Source: a virus. From it: a DNA stretch of 64,000 bases. How positions within the stretch are numbered: position 1 is the stretch's first letter; every line of letters starts with the position of its first letter. Of this stretch, positions 52,688 to 61,961 are shown piece after piece. Under the pieces are notes generated by a model. That model made no database searches. It saw only the letters and a program-made list of their open reading frames with translations, and was not told the origin of the DNA. The stretch is from the IMG/VR virus record IMGVR_UViG_3300025035_000003, positions 1 to 64,000 of that record; one strand, 5' to 3'. The position numbers and the translations under genes were made by a program.

Positions 52688-52761
52688 TGGTGGGCAAGAA
52701 AGGAGTTGAACCTCTGTCAGTCCGTTATGAGCGGATGGCTCTACCGTTGAGCTACTTGCCC
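52688..52761 (-). tRNA. tRNA with CAT anticodon (Ile2 or elongator Met)
   Basis: GGGCAAG/CTTGCCC acceptor, loop CTCATAA, GTTCAA T loop, encoded CCA. Confidence 0.85.
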
Positions 52762-52844
52762 TATTAAGGTGCAGTCACCTCCTATACCATATATTGGAGA
52801 CTGCGAATTATTTTATTGTCTAAACCATTCGACTACTCCTGCTA

Positions 52845-53010
52845 GAAGCAGGAGGTAGGATTCGAACCTACATAGTATAAAATGTGTTATTGTCCGACTA
52901 ACTTATATCTAGTTGCTGAGATTTGCAATGATTTCTGAAGCATGCTTAACCACTAAGCTATCCAACCTGGTGATCAGAGCTGGGATCGAACCAGAGTCTA
53001 CTTCTAAAAT
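52845..53010 (-). pseudogene. tRNA fragments (two T-arm/3' halves and one D-arm 5' half)
   Basis: GTAGGTTCGAATCCTAC; CTGGTTCGATCCCAG...CACCA; GGTTGGATAGCTTAGTGGTTAAGC; no intact anticodon arm. Confidence 0.55.
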
Positions 53011-53280
53011 AATCAGCACTGACACGGCCTTGCGAGCCTTGATGAAAGCCTATTGAACGTTAATTCTATTGTGGTCAATAAAATAAACGTGAAAAGAAAA
53101 CTTATATAGCGCTATATAAGTTGGGTAAAGATAATAATAAGTTTACCACAGTGAACACATACATGCCCGGTTACACTCCCTACTAATAGGTTAAGCATTT
53201 CTTCATCTTTCGAGAACCTAGATGCTGCAGAACGGTTTTAATTCTGTCTTCAATGTATGTGCTCAATGTGATAAACTTAG

Positions 53281-54045
53281 TTACCTAGCAGCTTTAGTAC
53301 GATTACCTGCATAAGATAGTTTCTCTATTGTTCGTGATAGTAGTGTAGCCATAGTGATTGTATTAGTATGTTTCTTATCAAGTACTTCTAAGTAGTCAAT
53401 TAGTTCATGCTGATTAGAGCCTTTAGGTCCAGGAGCGCGTACAAGCTTGATGTGCTTATACTTATTATTGACTATATGGTTAATTAATATGCTACTTTGA
53501 CTTGCTATAGTTAAGTTTCTATACTCTGGGTGCATACGTTTAATGGTATTGTTCAACCAAGTAGTAAATGTACATAGTTCCTTGTAGCGTGATCCTTTAA
53601 TACCATAACGTTCTGACTGCCCTAGTGCAAATGCTACGAATGATTTAACATTCTTGGATAAAAGATGCTGTAGTGCGTAGTCACGTATGAGTGTACTAGC
53701 TGGTGTGTAGAGTTCTGGTGTACCCTTCATAGAGAATAGTAGATCATATGCACCTGTTTCTCCAGCAACTAGTTGACTAAGAAATTTATGTACTGACCAT
53801 AATGTAATATCTATATCATCTGCTATATTCTTCGAATTAGCTGAACCAGTTGTGAAGACTAAATGCTCAGGAGCTGTTCGTAGCAGTAATGATTGTTTAG
53901 ATGGCATGAATAGCCCAAGATAATCCACATCCGATGAAGGTGTAGATGTTCCATAGAGGTGTGAACCAGACTTAGTAACATAAATTACTGTACAATCATT
54001 GTCTTGTTCAAATTTCGTAAGTATTGATTTAATTGGGTTATCCAT
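53281..54045 (-). CDS. Pol-beta superfamily nucleotidyltransferase (RlaP-like), probably C-terminally truncated
   Basis: SGSHLYGTSTPSSDVDYLG, YGIKGSR. Confidence 0.75.
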   Translation of the reverse strand: MDNPIKSILTKFEQDNDCTVIYVTKSGSHLYGTSTPSSDVDYLGLFMPSKQSLLLRTAPEHLVFTTGSANSKNIADDIDITLWSVHKFLSQLVAGETGAYDLLFSMKGTPELYTPASTLIRDYALQHLLSKNVKSFVAFALGQSERYGIKGSRYKELCTFTTWLNNTIKRMHPEYRNLTIASQSSILINHIVNNKYKHIKLVRAPGPKGSNQHELIDYLEVLDKKHTNTITMATLLSRTIEKLSYAGNRTKAAR

Positions 54046-54055
54046 TATGGAGCCT

Positions 54056-54982
54056 TTAGTAATTATTAGAAGTTAGAGCACAGTACGCGTTTAAAATATC
54101 AGTAGAAGTCATTAGATCAGTAATTGGTATTCCCGCTCGTAATAACACAGTTAACATGTGTACGTCTTCTTCATCTAATACTTCTTCTGGTTCATCTGCA
54201 GCTAATAGTTTAGCGTACTCCGCGTCTTCTATTGCTTCTTGTTCTGCTTCTGCAATTTCGTCTTTAACTAATTTTTCTAGCATATGGTACTCGTCCATTA
54301 ATGATGCTCGTGAAGCTTGTTGATATGTTGAGAAACTATTAGCATCCCCATAGAAAAAAGTAGCTAGTTCAATTACACTAGTAAGTAAGTTAGCATGTGG
54401 TATAGTTCGTTTTTCATTGTAAGTTAACCATTTAATTTGCTTAGCTACATTTATGTAATCTACTGGTGGCGTACCTACTAAGGTAGGTTTTCCATTTCGC
54501 TCTGTATAAGGCCTAGGTGCTATTACTTTTTCAATAACGTTAGATGAGGCTATAAAATCTGTCATTGGTGTTAGTGGGCATGTCTCCCATAAGTTATTAA
54601 GTAAAGTTAATAGTTCATGTTCCAAAGTAACTTCGGGGAGTGCGTCTAGAGTTGCATAAGAAGTAGTTAGTGGTTTAATTCCCAATAGTTGCTCACTTAA
54701 GGATGGTGTAGTGGTTATTGGATTGTGCACAATTGCTATACATCGACCTTTTGCATATGTGATAGGAGTATTGAGTGCAGTGTTGATAGCTCCATTAGCA
54801 ATACGATATTCGCATCGAGCTAGCATGTTCTGCTGGTAAGCACCGCCTCTATGTTCCATGATTCCTGCAAAGTTAGGCTTGTTAGTAGCTGATGCTAATG
54901 GGAATACAACACCTGTGTCAGTTAAATGGTTAGTTGATAAGTCAATTCCAGAGAATCGTTGAGTTGATTTAGATATACGCAT
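54056..54982 (-). CDS. Probable C-terminal half of a split JAB/MPN peptidase
   Basis: Starts MRISKSTQRFSGID, supplying the FSxxD missing from ORF 55338-55772. Confidence 0.55.
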   Translation of the reverse strand: MRISKSTQRFSGIDLSTNHLTDTGVVFPLASATNKPNFAGIMEHRGGAYQQNMLARCEYRIANGAINTALNTPITYAKGRCIAIVHNPITTTPSLSEQLLGIKPLTTSYATLDALPEVTLEHELLTLLNNLWETCPLTPMTDFIASSNVIEKVIAPRPYTERNGKPTLVGTPPVDYINVAKQIKWLTYNEKRTIPHANLLTSVIELATFFYGDANSFSTYQQASRASLMDEYHMLEKLVKDEIAEAEQEAIEDAEYAKLLAADEPEEVLDEEDVHMLTVLLRAGIPITDLMTSTDILNAYCALTSNNY

Positions 54983-55311
54983 TATTGTTCCTTTAAAAAT
55001 GATGGGAGTGGGCCAATGAAAGGTTCACATTTTGATAATATACAACTAACTTGTGTAGAGTATGCTTGGTGTTTAAGGCATAGGTCCACTACTGAACCAA
55101 ACACTGTAACACGACCTGATTTATGAATTGTAATACTAGTGTACTTACACAAATGACCATTACACTTATCCCAGTAGAGTTCGCCTTCGTTTGGTTTCCA
55201 GAACTTAGTATGCTTGTTTACACACTCTAGCTTATCCTTGGTGCTAATGCAGATAGGATGTGGATCCGCTTTAGACATATACACCCAATCGCCTACTTTA
55301 AATTGCGGCAT
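54982..55311 (-). CDS. Hypothetical protein lying between the JAB halves
   Basis: GGAGG RBS, FKVGDWV start, TAATG coupling to the next ORF. Confidence 0.6.
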   Translation of the reverse strand: MPQFKVGDWVYMSKADPHPICISTKDKLECVNKHTKFWKPNEGELYWDKCNGHLCKYTSITIHKSGRVTVFGSVVDLCLKHQAYSTQVSCILSKCEPFIGPLPSFLKEQ

Positions 55312-55337
55312 TGTTACCTCCCTATCAAAAATATAAC

Positions 55338-55772
55338 TTATGGGTGTTTATGTATAGAGTTACTATTTACAGATATGAATTCAATATCATAATGCTCTTT
55401 TAGAGTGGTTATGAATGAGGATGCCATGTATTTGTTTACCATTATATTATGTACAGGCTCTATTTTCTCTGACATATCACATACATCTTGAAACTCAAAA
55501 TCAATACGTGCGTGTGCAACATGCTGAGTATAGTTGAAAAATACAGTCGGTAAGCATATATCTACCACAGATTTGTCTGTTTGGTGTATACGACAAATTA
55601 ATGCCCAATAATGTACTTGGTACTCATTAGTTTCAGTTAGTGGTCCTGATTTCTCTTTAATGATATCTAGTGTATGCTGTTGTAGTAGTAGAATACCTAC
55701 ATTTTGTAAATCCGTAGTAGATTCAATTAAATGAGGAGTCTTAGCTGATGGTTGTAAATACTGTTGCGTCAT
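55338..55772 (-). CDS. JAB/MPN peptidase N-terminal half
   Basis: NEY catalytic Glu candidate, QHVAHARIDF; ends exactly at IHKHP. Confidence 0.6.
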   Translation of the reverse strand: MTQQYLQPSAKTPHLIESTTDLQNVGILLLQQHTLDIIKEKSGPLTETNEYQVHYWALICRIHQTDKSVVDICLPTVFFNYTQHVAHARIDFEFQDVCDMSEKIEPVHNIMVNKYMASSFITTLKEHYDIEFISVNSNSIHKHP

Positions 55773-55773
55773 G

Positions 55774-56844
55774 TTAACCCTCTTTAATTAGTTTAGCTAG
55801 TTTATATATCTCTATACTCTTTGCAATACATGCAGACACATATGGTAATGCTCCTGCTTGAATAATGTTACGTATATGCGGTGATAGCGTATTAGAATGC
55901 ACTAGTGTACGTAATCCGTTTGGTGTTGTGTTACTGAAGCTGGTGCCTGTGCATACTGATACATACTCTGAGACTATTTTCGATGCTTCCCTATTATAGT
56001 CAAATCCATTTAAATCAATCTCTGAACGTATATTAGATGACATCATAGGTGTTAATGTCATGCCTGATGCTTGTTGTGTTTTGAATATTTTTTGTACTAT
56101 AGAAGTACCGTAGTAAGGGGCAATAGTCCCATTAGTAAGCATTTGGTGTGTAACCAAGTTTACTTCACGGTGTGTATCTTCGTCTTTATGTTGCTTTATT
56201 TTATATGTGATTTTTACTGTGTGGGCAATGCTATTATATGACGTATCTTCTACTTGTCGTTTAGTATTAGAATACCTATTAATGTACATGGTTAACTGGT
56301 CTTGAAGGTTCTCGTTAATAAGTCCCAAATCGGCTGAAGTAGAGTTATAATACGCATCTAATAGTGGTTTATTTGCGTATGTGTATATTGCAACAGTCCA
56401 TAACATGTTTGTTTTGTGGGTACATAACTGCATAGCAACTAATGGGTGTAACGGGTTTACACGAGTTTCCTCGTCGTCACTAATTAGTAAAATCCCATAC
56501 AAAGTACTACCAAGCGTATTGTATAATTTATTTATTATGTTAATAGCGTCTATAAAAGATACTTTAGTATCAAGTGTTCGAATATTAGCTGTCACATCAT
56601 TAAATAATGGTCCCCATTCATATACAGGCACGGCACCATTAATTAACTCTCTATTCATGACTATTTTAGAACGTGTTACTATATTTTGGAATGATTTTCT
56701 GTTTGGTAGTACTCTAATAAGTGTACTACCCTTTTTGAACTCATTTGTATCTTTTTCAAATGATACTGTTATATTATCTATGAATTTTTGTTCTTCATAC
56801 GCTAAAATTGCAGAGAAGAATGAATGTTTTGAAGTATTAAACAT
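55774..56844 (-). CDS. Putative prokaryotic E2-like protein
   Basis: Between E1 and JAB; C-terminal SNI...VCTG...L..L...N..SP pattern with a candidate active Cys. Confidence 0.45.
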   Translation of the reverse strand: MFNTSKHSFFSAILAYEEQKFIDNITVSFEKDTNEFKKGSTLIRVLPNRKSFQNIVTRSKIVMNRELINGAVPVYEWGPLFNDVTANIRTLDTKVSFIDAINIINKLYNTLGSTLYGILLISDDEETRVNPLHPLVAMQLCTHKTNMLWTVAIYTYANKPLLDAYYNSTSADLGLINENLQDQLTMYINRYSNTKRQVEDTSYNSIAHTVKITYKIKQHKDEDTHREVNLVTHQMLTNGTIAPYYGTSIVQKIFKTQQASGMTLTPMMSSNIRSEIDLNGFDYNREASKIVSEYVSVCTGTSFSNTTPNGLRTLVHSNTLSPHIRNIIQAGALPYVSACIAKSIEIYKLAKLIKEG

Positions 56845-56849
56845 AATGG

Positions 56850-58211
56850 TTACACCTCCTCTTGTGGTAGTAGCCCAGTATGCTCTAACTGAAAGCTATA
56901 ATGTCTAGATGGTTTAAGTAGTGCTTTTCCGTTGAATGTGTATTCAAGTATAGTTTTATCCTGTTCTTTTAAATCTTGGTCAGATGCTAGTAATTCTATA
57001 AAGGAGATAGCCATTTTTAATTGGTTCATAAAAAATGTTGCTAACGAAATAACACCATATGATTCAACTTGTAGGGCTGTTACCTGCTTAGGATTAAGAT
57101 CAATTCTGCATGACTGATTAGAATGCGTAGCACTAATAAAATTCCCATGCATTGAAAGTTTAGCACGTGTTGCTATATCTGGTGCTCCATACCTGATTGC
57201 GTGCGGATGCAGCTTACAAGGTTTGTAGTAGTAATTTTGTTTGAACACTACTGGTGCTAATCTATATATGCTTTCATTAATTAGGTTCAATTTAGGAATA
57301 GCTATACCTTTACAGTTCACAGAATATGTATTACTATTCTGACGAGGATCTAATGGAAATCTAAATAAATTAGATACTTCTACAGTATCTGCTTCATATA
57401 CAGTGATTTTGTTAAATATTTGCGGAGCATTTAAAAGCTTAGATAGTTCTGATAGCCAAGTTATCGTATTCACAGTTGTGCCACCATACCCAATTAGTTC
57501 TAAACTAAGCTTCTTAGCGCGAATTACTTTAAATATTTGACGAAGATTTTTTTCTGTGTATCCTAATATCGCAATAAGGTCACTTAGCGGAATTTGCTTA
57601 ACCCCAAGTAATGATGCAAACCATGGAGATATGGCTACCGCTGTTTTAGGGACTTTATATATTTCTGGTATAACCAACGGAGACATATATGTTTGATACA
57701 TAAGCTTTGGAATAAAGCTATCTAGGACGACGTTAAGTAATCCGTCTCTAGGTGGGTCAAAGAATGCATAGCGTAAACGAAGTTGATCACGGAGTACATT
57801 GCTGTTAATATTTACAGTATGTGACATTGTGCCCGACCAGTATGACCGTTCGGGGCGCATATCTGGTAAAGAGGCTAATTCCAATGAGCTAGATAGCACA
57901 CTCTCATCAAGTTTTAATAAATACACATAGTCAGTGTGTAATGCGTTAGCATCTAGCTCTACTGTAAACTCTCTTGTAAGGTGTGCTTCAGGCACCCCAT
58001 CGTTATCTTCTACATCTAACGATTTGAATCGGTATAATTGTATATTTGGTACATATGACGCTAACTCTTCGGGGAGTGCTACTCGTTCGTGTGACGTTGT
58101 ATAGTCTTCTGCACAATACATGTTACTCTGTAGGTCTTTTTTACTAGTATACCTTACTATTCGCATATCCGTAAACATGCTAATGACTAACGTCCATAAT
58201 GGTGGTGTCAT
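56850..58211 (-). CDS. ThiF/E1-like adenylating enzyme with an N-terminal extension
   Basis: LIGYGG nucleotide-binding loop and EADTVEVSNLFR (consensus DxDxVExSNLxR). Confidence 0.75.
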   Translation of the reverse strand: MTPPLWTLVISMFTDMRIVRYTSKKDLQSNMYCAEDYTTSHERVALPEELASYVPNIQLYRFKSLDVEDNDGVPEAHLTREFTVELDANALHTDYVYLLKLDESVLSSSLELASLPDMRPERSYWSGTMSHTVNINSNVLRDQLRLRYAFFDPPRDGLLNVVLDSFIPKLMYQTYMSPLVIPEIYKVPKTAVAISPWFASLLGVKQIPLSDLIAILGYTEKNLRQIFKVIRAKKLSLELIGYGGTTVNTITWLSELSKLLNAPQIFNKITVYEADTVEVSNLFRFPLDPRQNSNTYSVNCKGIAIPKLNLINESIYRLAPVVFKQNYYYKPCKLHPHAIRYGAPDIATRAKLSMHGNFISATHSNQSCRIDLNPKQVTALQVESYGVISLATFFMNQLKMAISFIELLASDQDLKEQDKTILEYTFNGKALLKPSRHYSFQLEHTGLLPQEEV

Positions 58212-58268
58212 TTATATTCCTTTTAATCAAATGTATACACTGCTATTACGCAGTGTATTTATAGCGGG

Positions 58269-58418
58269 TTAATATCCAGATCCTGCTTTTGCTGTAAGGT
58301 TCTCACCTGAGTTCTGTGTGACATTTACGTTAAGAGATGCATCTTCTCCCGCTAATGCTTGACGCACTAATTCGTCGACTGATACCGTCGTATCTGGTGT
58401 AGTAGTATCTTCAGTCAT
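58269..58418 (-). CDS. 49-aa peptide ending KAG-SGY, candidate modifier for the E1 (not in the ORF track)
   Basis: MTEDTTTPDTTVSVDELVRQALAGEDASLNVNVTQNSGENLTAKAGSGY; GAGGA RBS and TAATG coupling. Confidence 0.6.
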   Translation of the reverse strand: MTEDTTTPDTTVSVDELVRQALAGEDASLNVNVTQNSGENLTAKAGSGY

Positions 58419-58705
58419 TATATTTCCTCTAAAGTTTCTACTGGAGCAGTGGGTTTAGCTGGCTTCAGCTCAACTGGTAGTGCAGCAGATAGCTCACCCT
58501 CGTATATGTATAACTTAACTGTTTTACCTTGTGGTGCAAGTTGTTTAGCCACTTTCTCTGCTTCTGCATACGTAACTACTTCAGTAGATACGCGACCATC
58601 AATTGAAAGAATACGATCTTTAGTGTCTGTTGGTGCGGTTTGAGATGATAATACCTTAGCTAGTGCTGCTAAAAGTTCCATTGGTGTTATTTGTTTGGTA
58701 GGCAT
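58418..58705 (-). CDS. Hypothetical protein, first gene of the E1 operon
   Basis: AAGGAG RBS, 95 aa. Confidence 0.6.
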   Translation of the reverse strand: MPTKQITPMELLAALAKVLSSQTAPTDTKDRILSIDGRVSTEVVTYAEAEKVAKQLAPQGKTVKLYIYEGELSAALPVELKPAKPTAPVETLEEI

Positions 58706-58762
58706 GACTACTCCTTGATTATTGGGTTTACGTATCTAGTACTACCAAATTGTGTATGTGAT

Positions 58763-58851
58763 TGGTGGGTATAGTAGGATTCGAACCTACGGCAGGATTC
58801 TCCTGCGTATGTTTAGCAAACATATGACCTAAACCACTCGCCCATATACCC
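58763..58851 (-). tRNA. tRNA-Ser(GCT)
   Basis: GGGTATA/TATACCC acceptor, anticodon arm TATGT-TTGCTAA-ACATA, long variable arm, GTTCGAATCC, CCA; discriminator is A rather than the usual G. Confidence 0.9.
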
Positions 58852-59164
58852 ATTACTTCCAGCTATCTTGCTGGGCTAGATTCCTAGTCGATACGCTCGA
58901 CTATCTAGATCTATCTGTTTCAAGCATTAAGTTTGACTTTATCGCTTACAGGTTTCCATTAAGTTCACGCACTTAGGAGAATACGAATACAATGAGAGGT
59001 ATTATCTATGAAGTTGATAAGACTTCTAATAGCCTACATACAAACTTTTTGTAGCACCAGTTTTATCTTTAAGATACTTAGAAGCTTTAAGATTGGTTGT
59101 ACTGCTCTGTTTGCAACTGCTTCACTATGTATGCTGTTAGAAATCTTACTAAGCGTATTGCTAG

Positions 59165-59256
59165 TGGTGTAGGAGGATACGTATCGAACGTATCTTCAAG
59201 GATGGCACTTCATAAGTTACCATTCAGATAATGTTACCAGTTTACCCGTCCCCCAT
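59165..59256 (-). pseudogene. tRNA-like remnant
   Basis: T arm ATACG-TTCGATA-CGTAT and a terminal ACCA; the rest folds poorly. Confidence 0.3.
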
Positions 59257-59450
59257 TGGGATCTCCCACGTAATATTTTATTGCTGAGCTTATTGTGATA
59301 GCTATGTCGCCATAGCTAAAGAATTCATGGTATTGGATTACTTGTCCCACTCAGTGTGAGTAATTTATTTTATAGGATTCGTTCACGGTGTACATAGCAC
59401 TCAACAACTCTGAGTCTCATATAACTATGATTAGCCCAAAGCAGTAGGTG

Positions 59451-59886
59451 TTAAATATTACAAGATTGTAAAGTTCGTACAGCATCTTCTTTTGCAATTA
59501 AAAGTTCGTTATACCTTTTATTCAACTCATCGTATACTTCGTAAGTTTCTAAATCCTGTGCATATTTAGATATAAAATACTCCATGTATTCAGCAATAGG
59601 TGTGCATGCACTCCTAGTAACATAATTATCAGTGAAATGACATATTACGTACCCATGTGTTGATACGCCTACTGCCCCTGAAAAAGATCCGTGTGTAAGA
59701 GCTGTTGGGAGTTCTGGCTTCTCTACATTTTGTAGTGCAGTAGTTGCATTTCGTAATACAATTAATTTATCCTGGTTACGTTCAATAAACTTAGATAATA
59801 ACTTATTAGTGTAATCAATTTCACTATCTTTTGGATTCTTAGTTCCAAATTGTATTCCGGATAATGTAAATACTGGTTTATTACAT
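59451..59886 (-). pseudogene. Hypothetical gene with a frameshift immediately after the ATG
   Basis: GAGG RBS, then ATG-T-AAT-AAA followed by about 140 open codons in the shifted frame. Confidence 0.5.
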
Positions 59887-60003
59887 TATCTACTACCTCT
59901 AAACATTTATGCGTGTTTATAGTAACATGCATATTTGGTAAAACGGCTTTGTCTAATGTTGGTTGACATATTTGTCTTAATTTTAAGGGTATTTGTGTAT
60001 CCT

Positions 60004-61098
60004 TTAATTGTGTTGATTATATGATTTAAGTGAATCTCTATAGTATTTTGATACTATTTTAGATACTGCGCCACTAATCTCTTTGATAGTTAGATTAGTT
60101 TCTTGTAATACAGGAAGTTCTTCTTTAACTATATCCGCTATTACCCACTTAATCACTTCACCTGTTTGCTTAAGCTCAGTTGCGTTGAGTTCAGTAATTG
60201 CTTGAGTAATTCTCCATACAGGTGTGACTTTATCTGCTATGGTTTGTATATGTAAAGATTGCTCATCAGATTTAGGCGGTCGAGGTTTTTTAAGTTTACC
60301 GCCATGTTTCTCGCCTTTGGCTTTAAGACGATACATATGTCCGTCATGAAAGCCGATAAGATAAACACCTTCACCTACATTTTCTGGTTTATTGAAATGA
60401 GCTGCAATAGGTGAATTAGCTTCTACTGATTCTGCGAGTTGTTTAAGTGCTGTGGTGCATTCAATTGGTTTGCTAAAGTCAAGTGTGATTGAATATTCCG
60501 CAAATTGCCTCATATGATATATATTGGAGGTGTTTAGTTGAGGGTTAATAGCTGTTTGCAGATAAACTATTTCGTCAGTAGTGTTGTCTACAACTCTAAA
60601 GTAGTCAAATAGGTATGTACCTTTAGGTGTCCCCGAACAAGCTGCATTACCCTTCTGAATATTATCTCCAGCCCATTCACAGTCCAGTATAATAGTATGT
60701 GTTTGTAGGTCTATATTATACGTATCTATCAGATTAGAAAGTATTTCTAGCCATTCTGGTTTAGTTGACTCAATAAATGCCGCCATTCCGTTTTGGTCGT
60801 CAAGTAGTGTACGGATGTGATTACGTCCTTGTACCCATAATTCACCTTGTGAGTAGCATATTGCCATATTCTCACCATGAAGCTTCTCTGAACCGGTGAA
60901 GTGAATAATCGGCATAATTGGCTGGTATGATTGAAGTAATTCAATTTGCTCTGGTGTAGGTGGTACGCCTATAGATGGATCAAAGTTAGCGTATGCTAAT
61001 CTGCCAGAATTATCTGTATTACGACTGACTTCCTTATATAAATTATGGAAAACAGGTGTAGCTGGATATGCTATATGGCGTCTGATTGATTGTTGCAT
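60004..61098 (-). CDS. Rnl2-like RNA ligase
   Basis: EKLHGEN motif I, CEWAG, LFD, GEGV, KAKGEKH; GGAG RBS before MQQSIRR. Confidence 0.8.
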   Translation of the reverse strand: MQQSIRRHIAYPATPVFHNLYKEVSRNTDNSGRLAYANFDPSIGVPPTPEQIELLQSYQPIMPIIHFTGSEKLHGENMAICYSQGELWVQGRNHIRTLLDDQNGMAAFIESTKPEWLEILSNLIDTYNIDLQTHTIILDCEWAGDNIQKGNAACSGTPKGTYLFDYFRVVDNTTDEIVYLQTAINPQLNTSNIYHMRQFAEYSITLDFSKPIECTTALKQLAESVEANSPIAAHFNKPENVGEGVYLIGFHDGHMYRLKAKGEKHGGKLKKPRPPKSDEQSLHIQTIADKVTPVWRITQAITELNATELKQTGEVIKWVIADIVKEELPVLQETNLTIKEISGAVSKIVSKYYRDSLKSYNQHN

Positions 61099-61611
61099 GT
61101 TAAATACTCCTGAATTTGTACTAGTATTGTCGTAGGTATTAGTACAGTTAAAAGCTGTACAGCATGTGTTGTAAAGTCTAGCCCTACACACGCTAATGAA
61201 ACCCCTAAGTAAGCAGGAACCATTGACGTAATTACTAGTCTTTTCATGGTAGGCTACTTAAGTAAGTGAGACAAAGCTTTCTGAATTAGTGTTGAGCCTG
61301 TTTCTTGTAATGGAGTTGGTGTGTGTGTGAATACTGATAGTAATGTATTTTTCATTGTGCTTTCCTTTTAAATTGTGTGTTGTGCAGGATAAGCGTAGTC
61401 CTGCTACCGAATATGCTTTAACGCTCAAACATGCTAGGTTACGAAACGAAGTATCTGTAGCTACTCATACTATTACTGGAGCTTATCCCAGATTCTACTT
61501 CTTAATTTTTTTTTTAACGTCATGAGTTGAGTGGGTTGGGAGTTGTTATAGTACTACAGTCGTAATAAGCACTGTTTGTGCCTGTGTAGTTAATAAAAGT
61601 ATCTGTAATGG

Positions 61612-61953
61612 CTAGTCTAGCAAGTGCTTTATAACTAATGTTATTGAATTACCTGGTTTAAGGACTAAGTGGATACTTCCTTTAGTTCTAAAGTCGGATG
61701 GTGCGTTATTCTTAATTGATATAACATGGTCTCCTGGCTTAGCTGTTGAGCCTAGTGAAGTCTTGACTATTTTGTAGTTTACTGCAGCTATGAAATTTTT
61801 AGTACCATTGTCATCTGTAATACTAGCAGTAAGCGAATGCTCATTTACTGTATTTACCAGATATAACTTACCTCTCGTTTTAAATATACTACTGCAATTC
61901 TTGTATTCAACTACATCTCCTATAATAGGGGGTCGATTTTCGTAAATATACGT
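61612..61953 (-). pseudogene. Hypothetical gene with ACG in place of the start codon
   Basis: AAGGA RBS followed by ACG and an open frame of about 113 codons. Confidence 0.45.
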
Positions 61954-61961
61954 ATGTTTCC

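Noticed and set aside
54983-55337. Group I intron interrupting the JAB gene
   Set aside because: No in-frame U/G splice junction or recognisable core; the interval is almost filled by an ordinary ORF.
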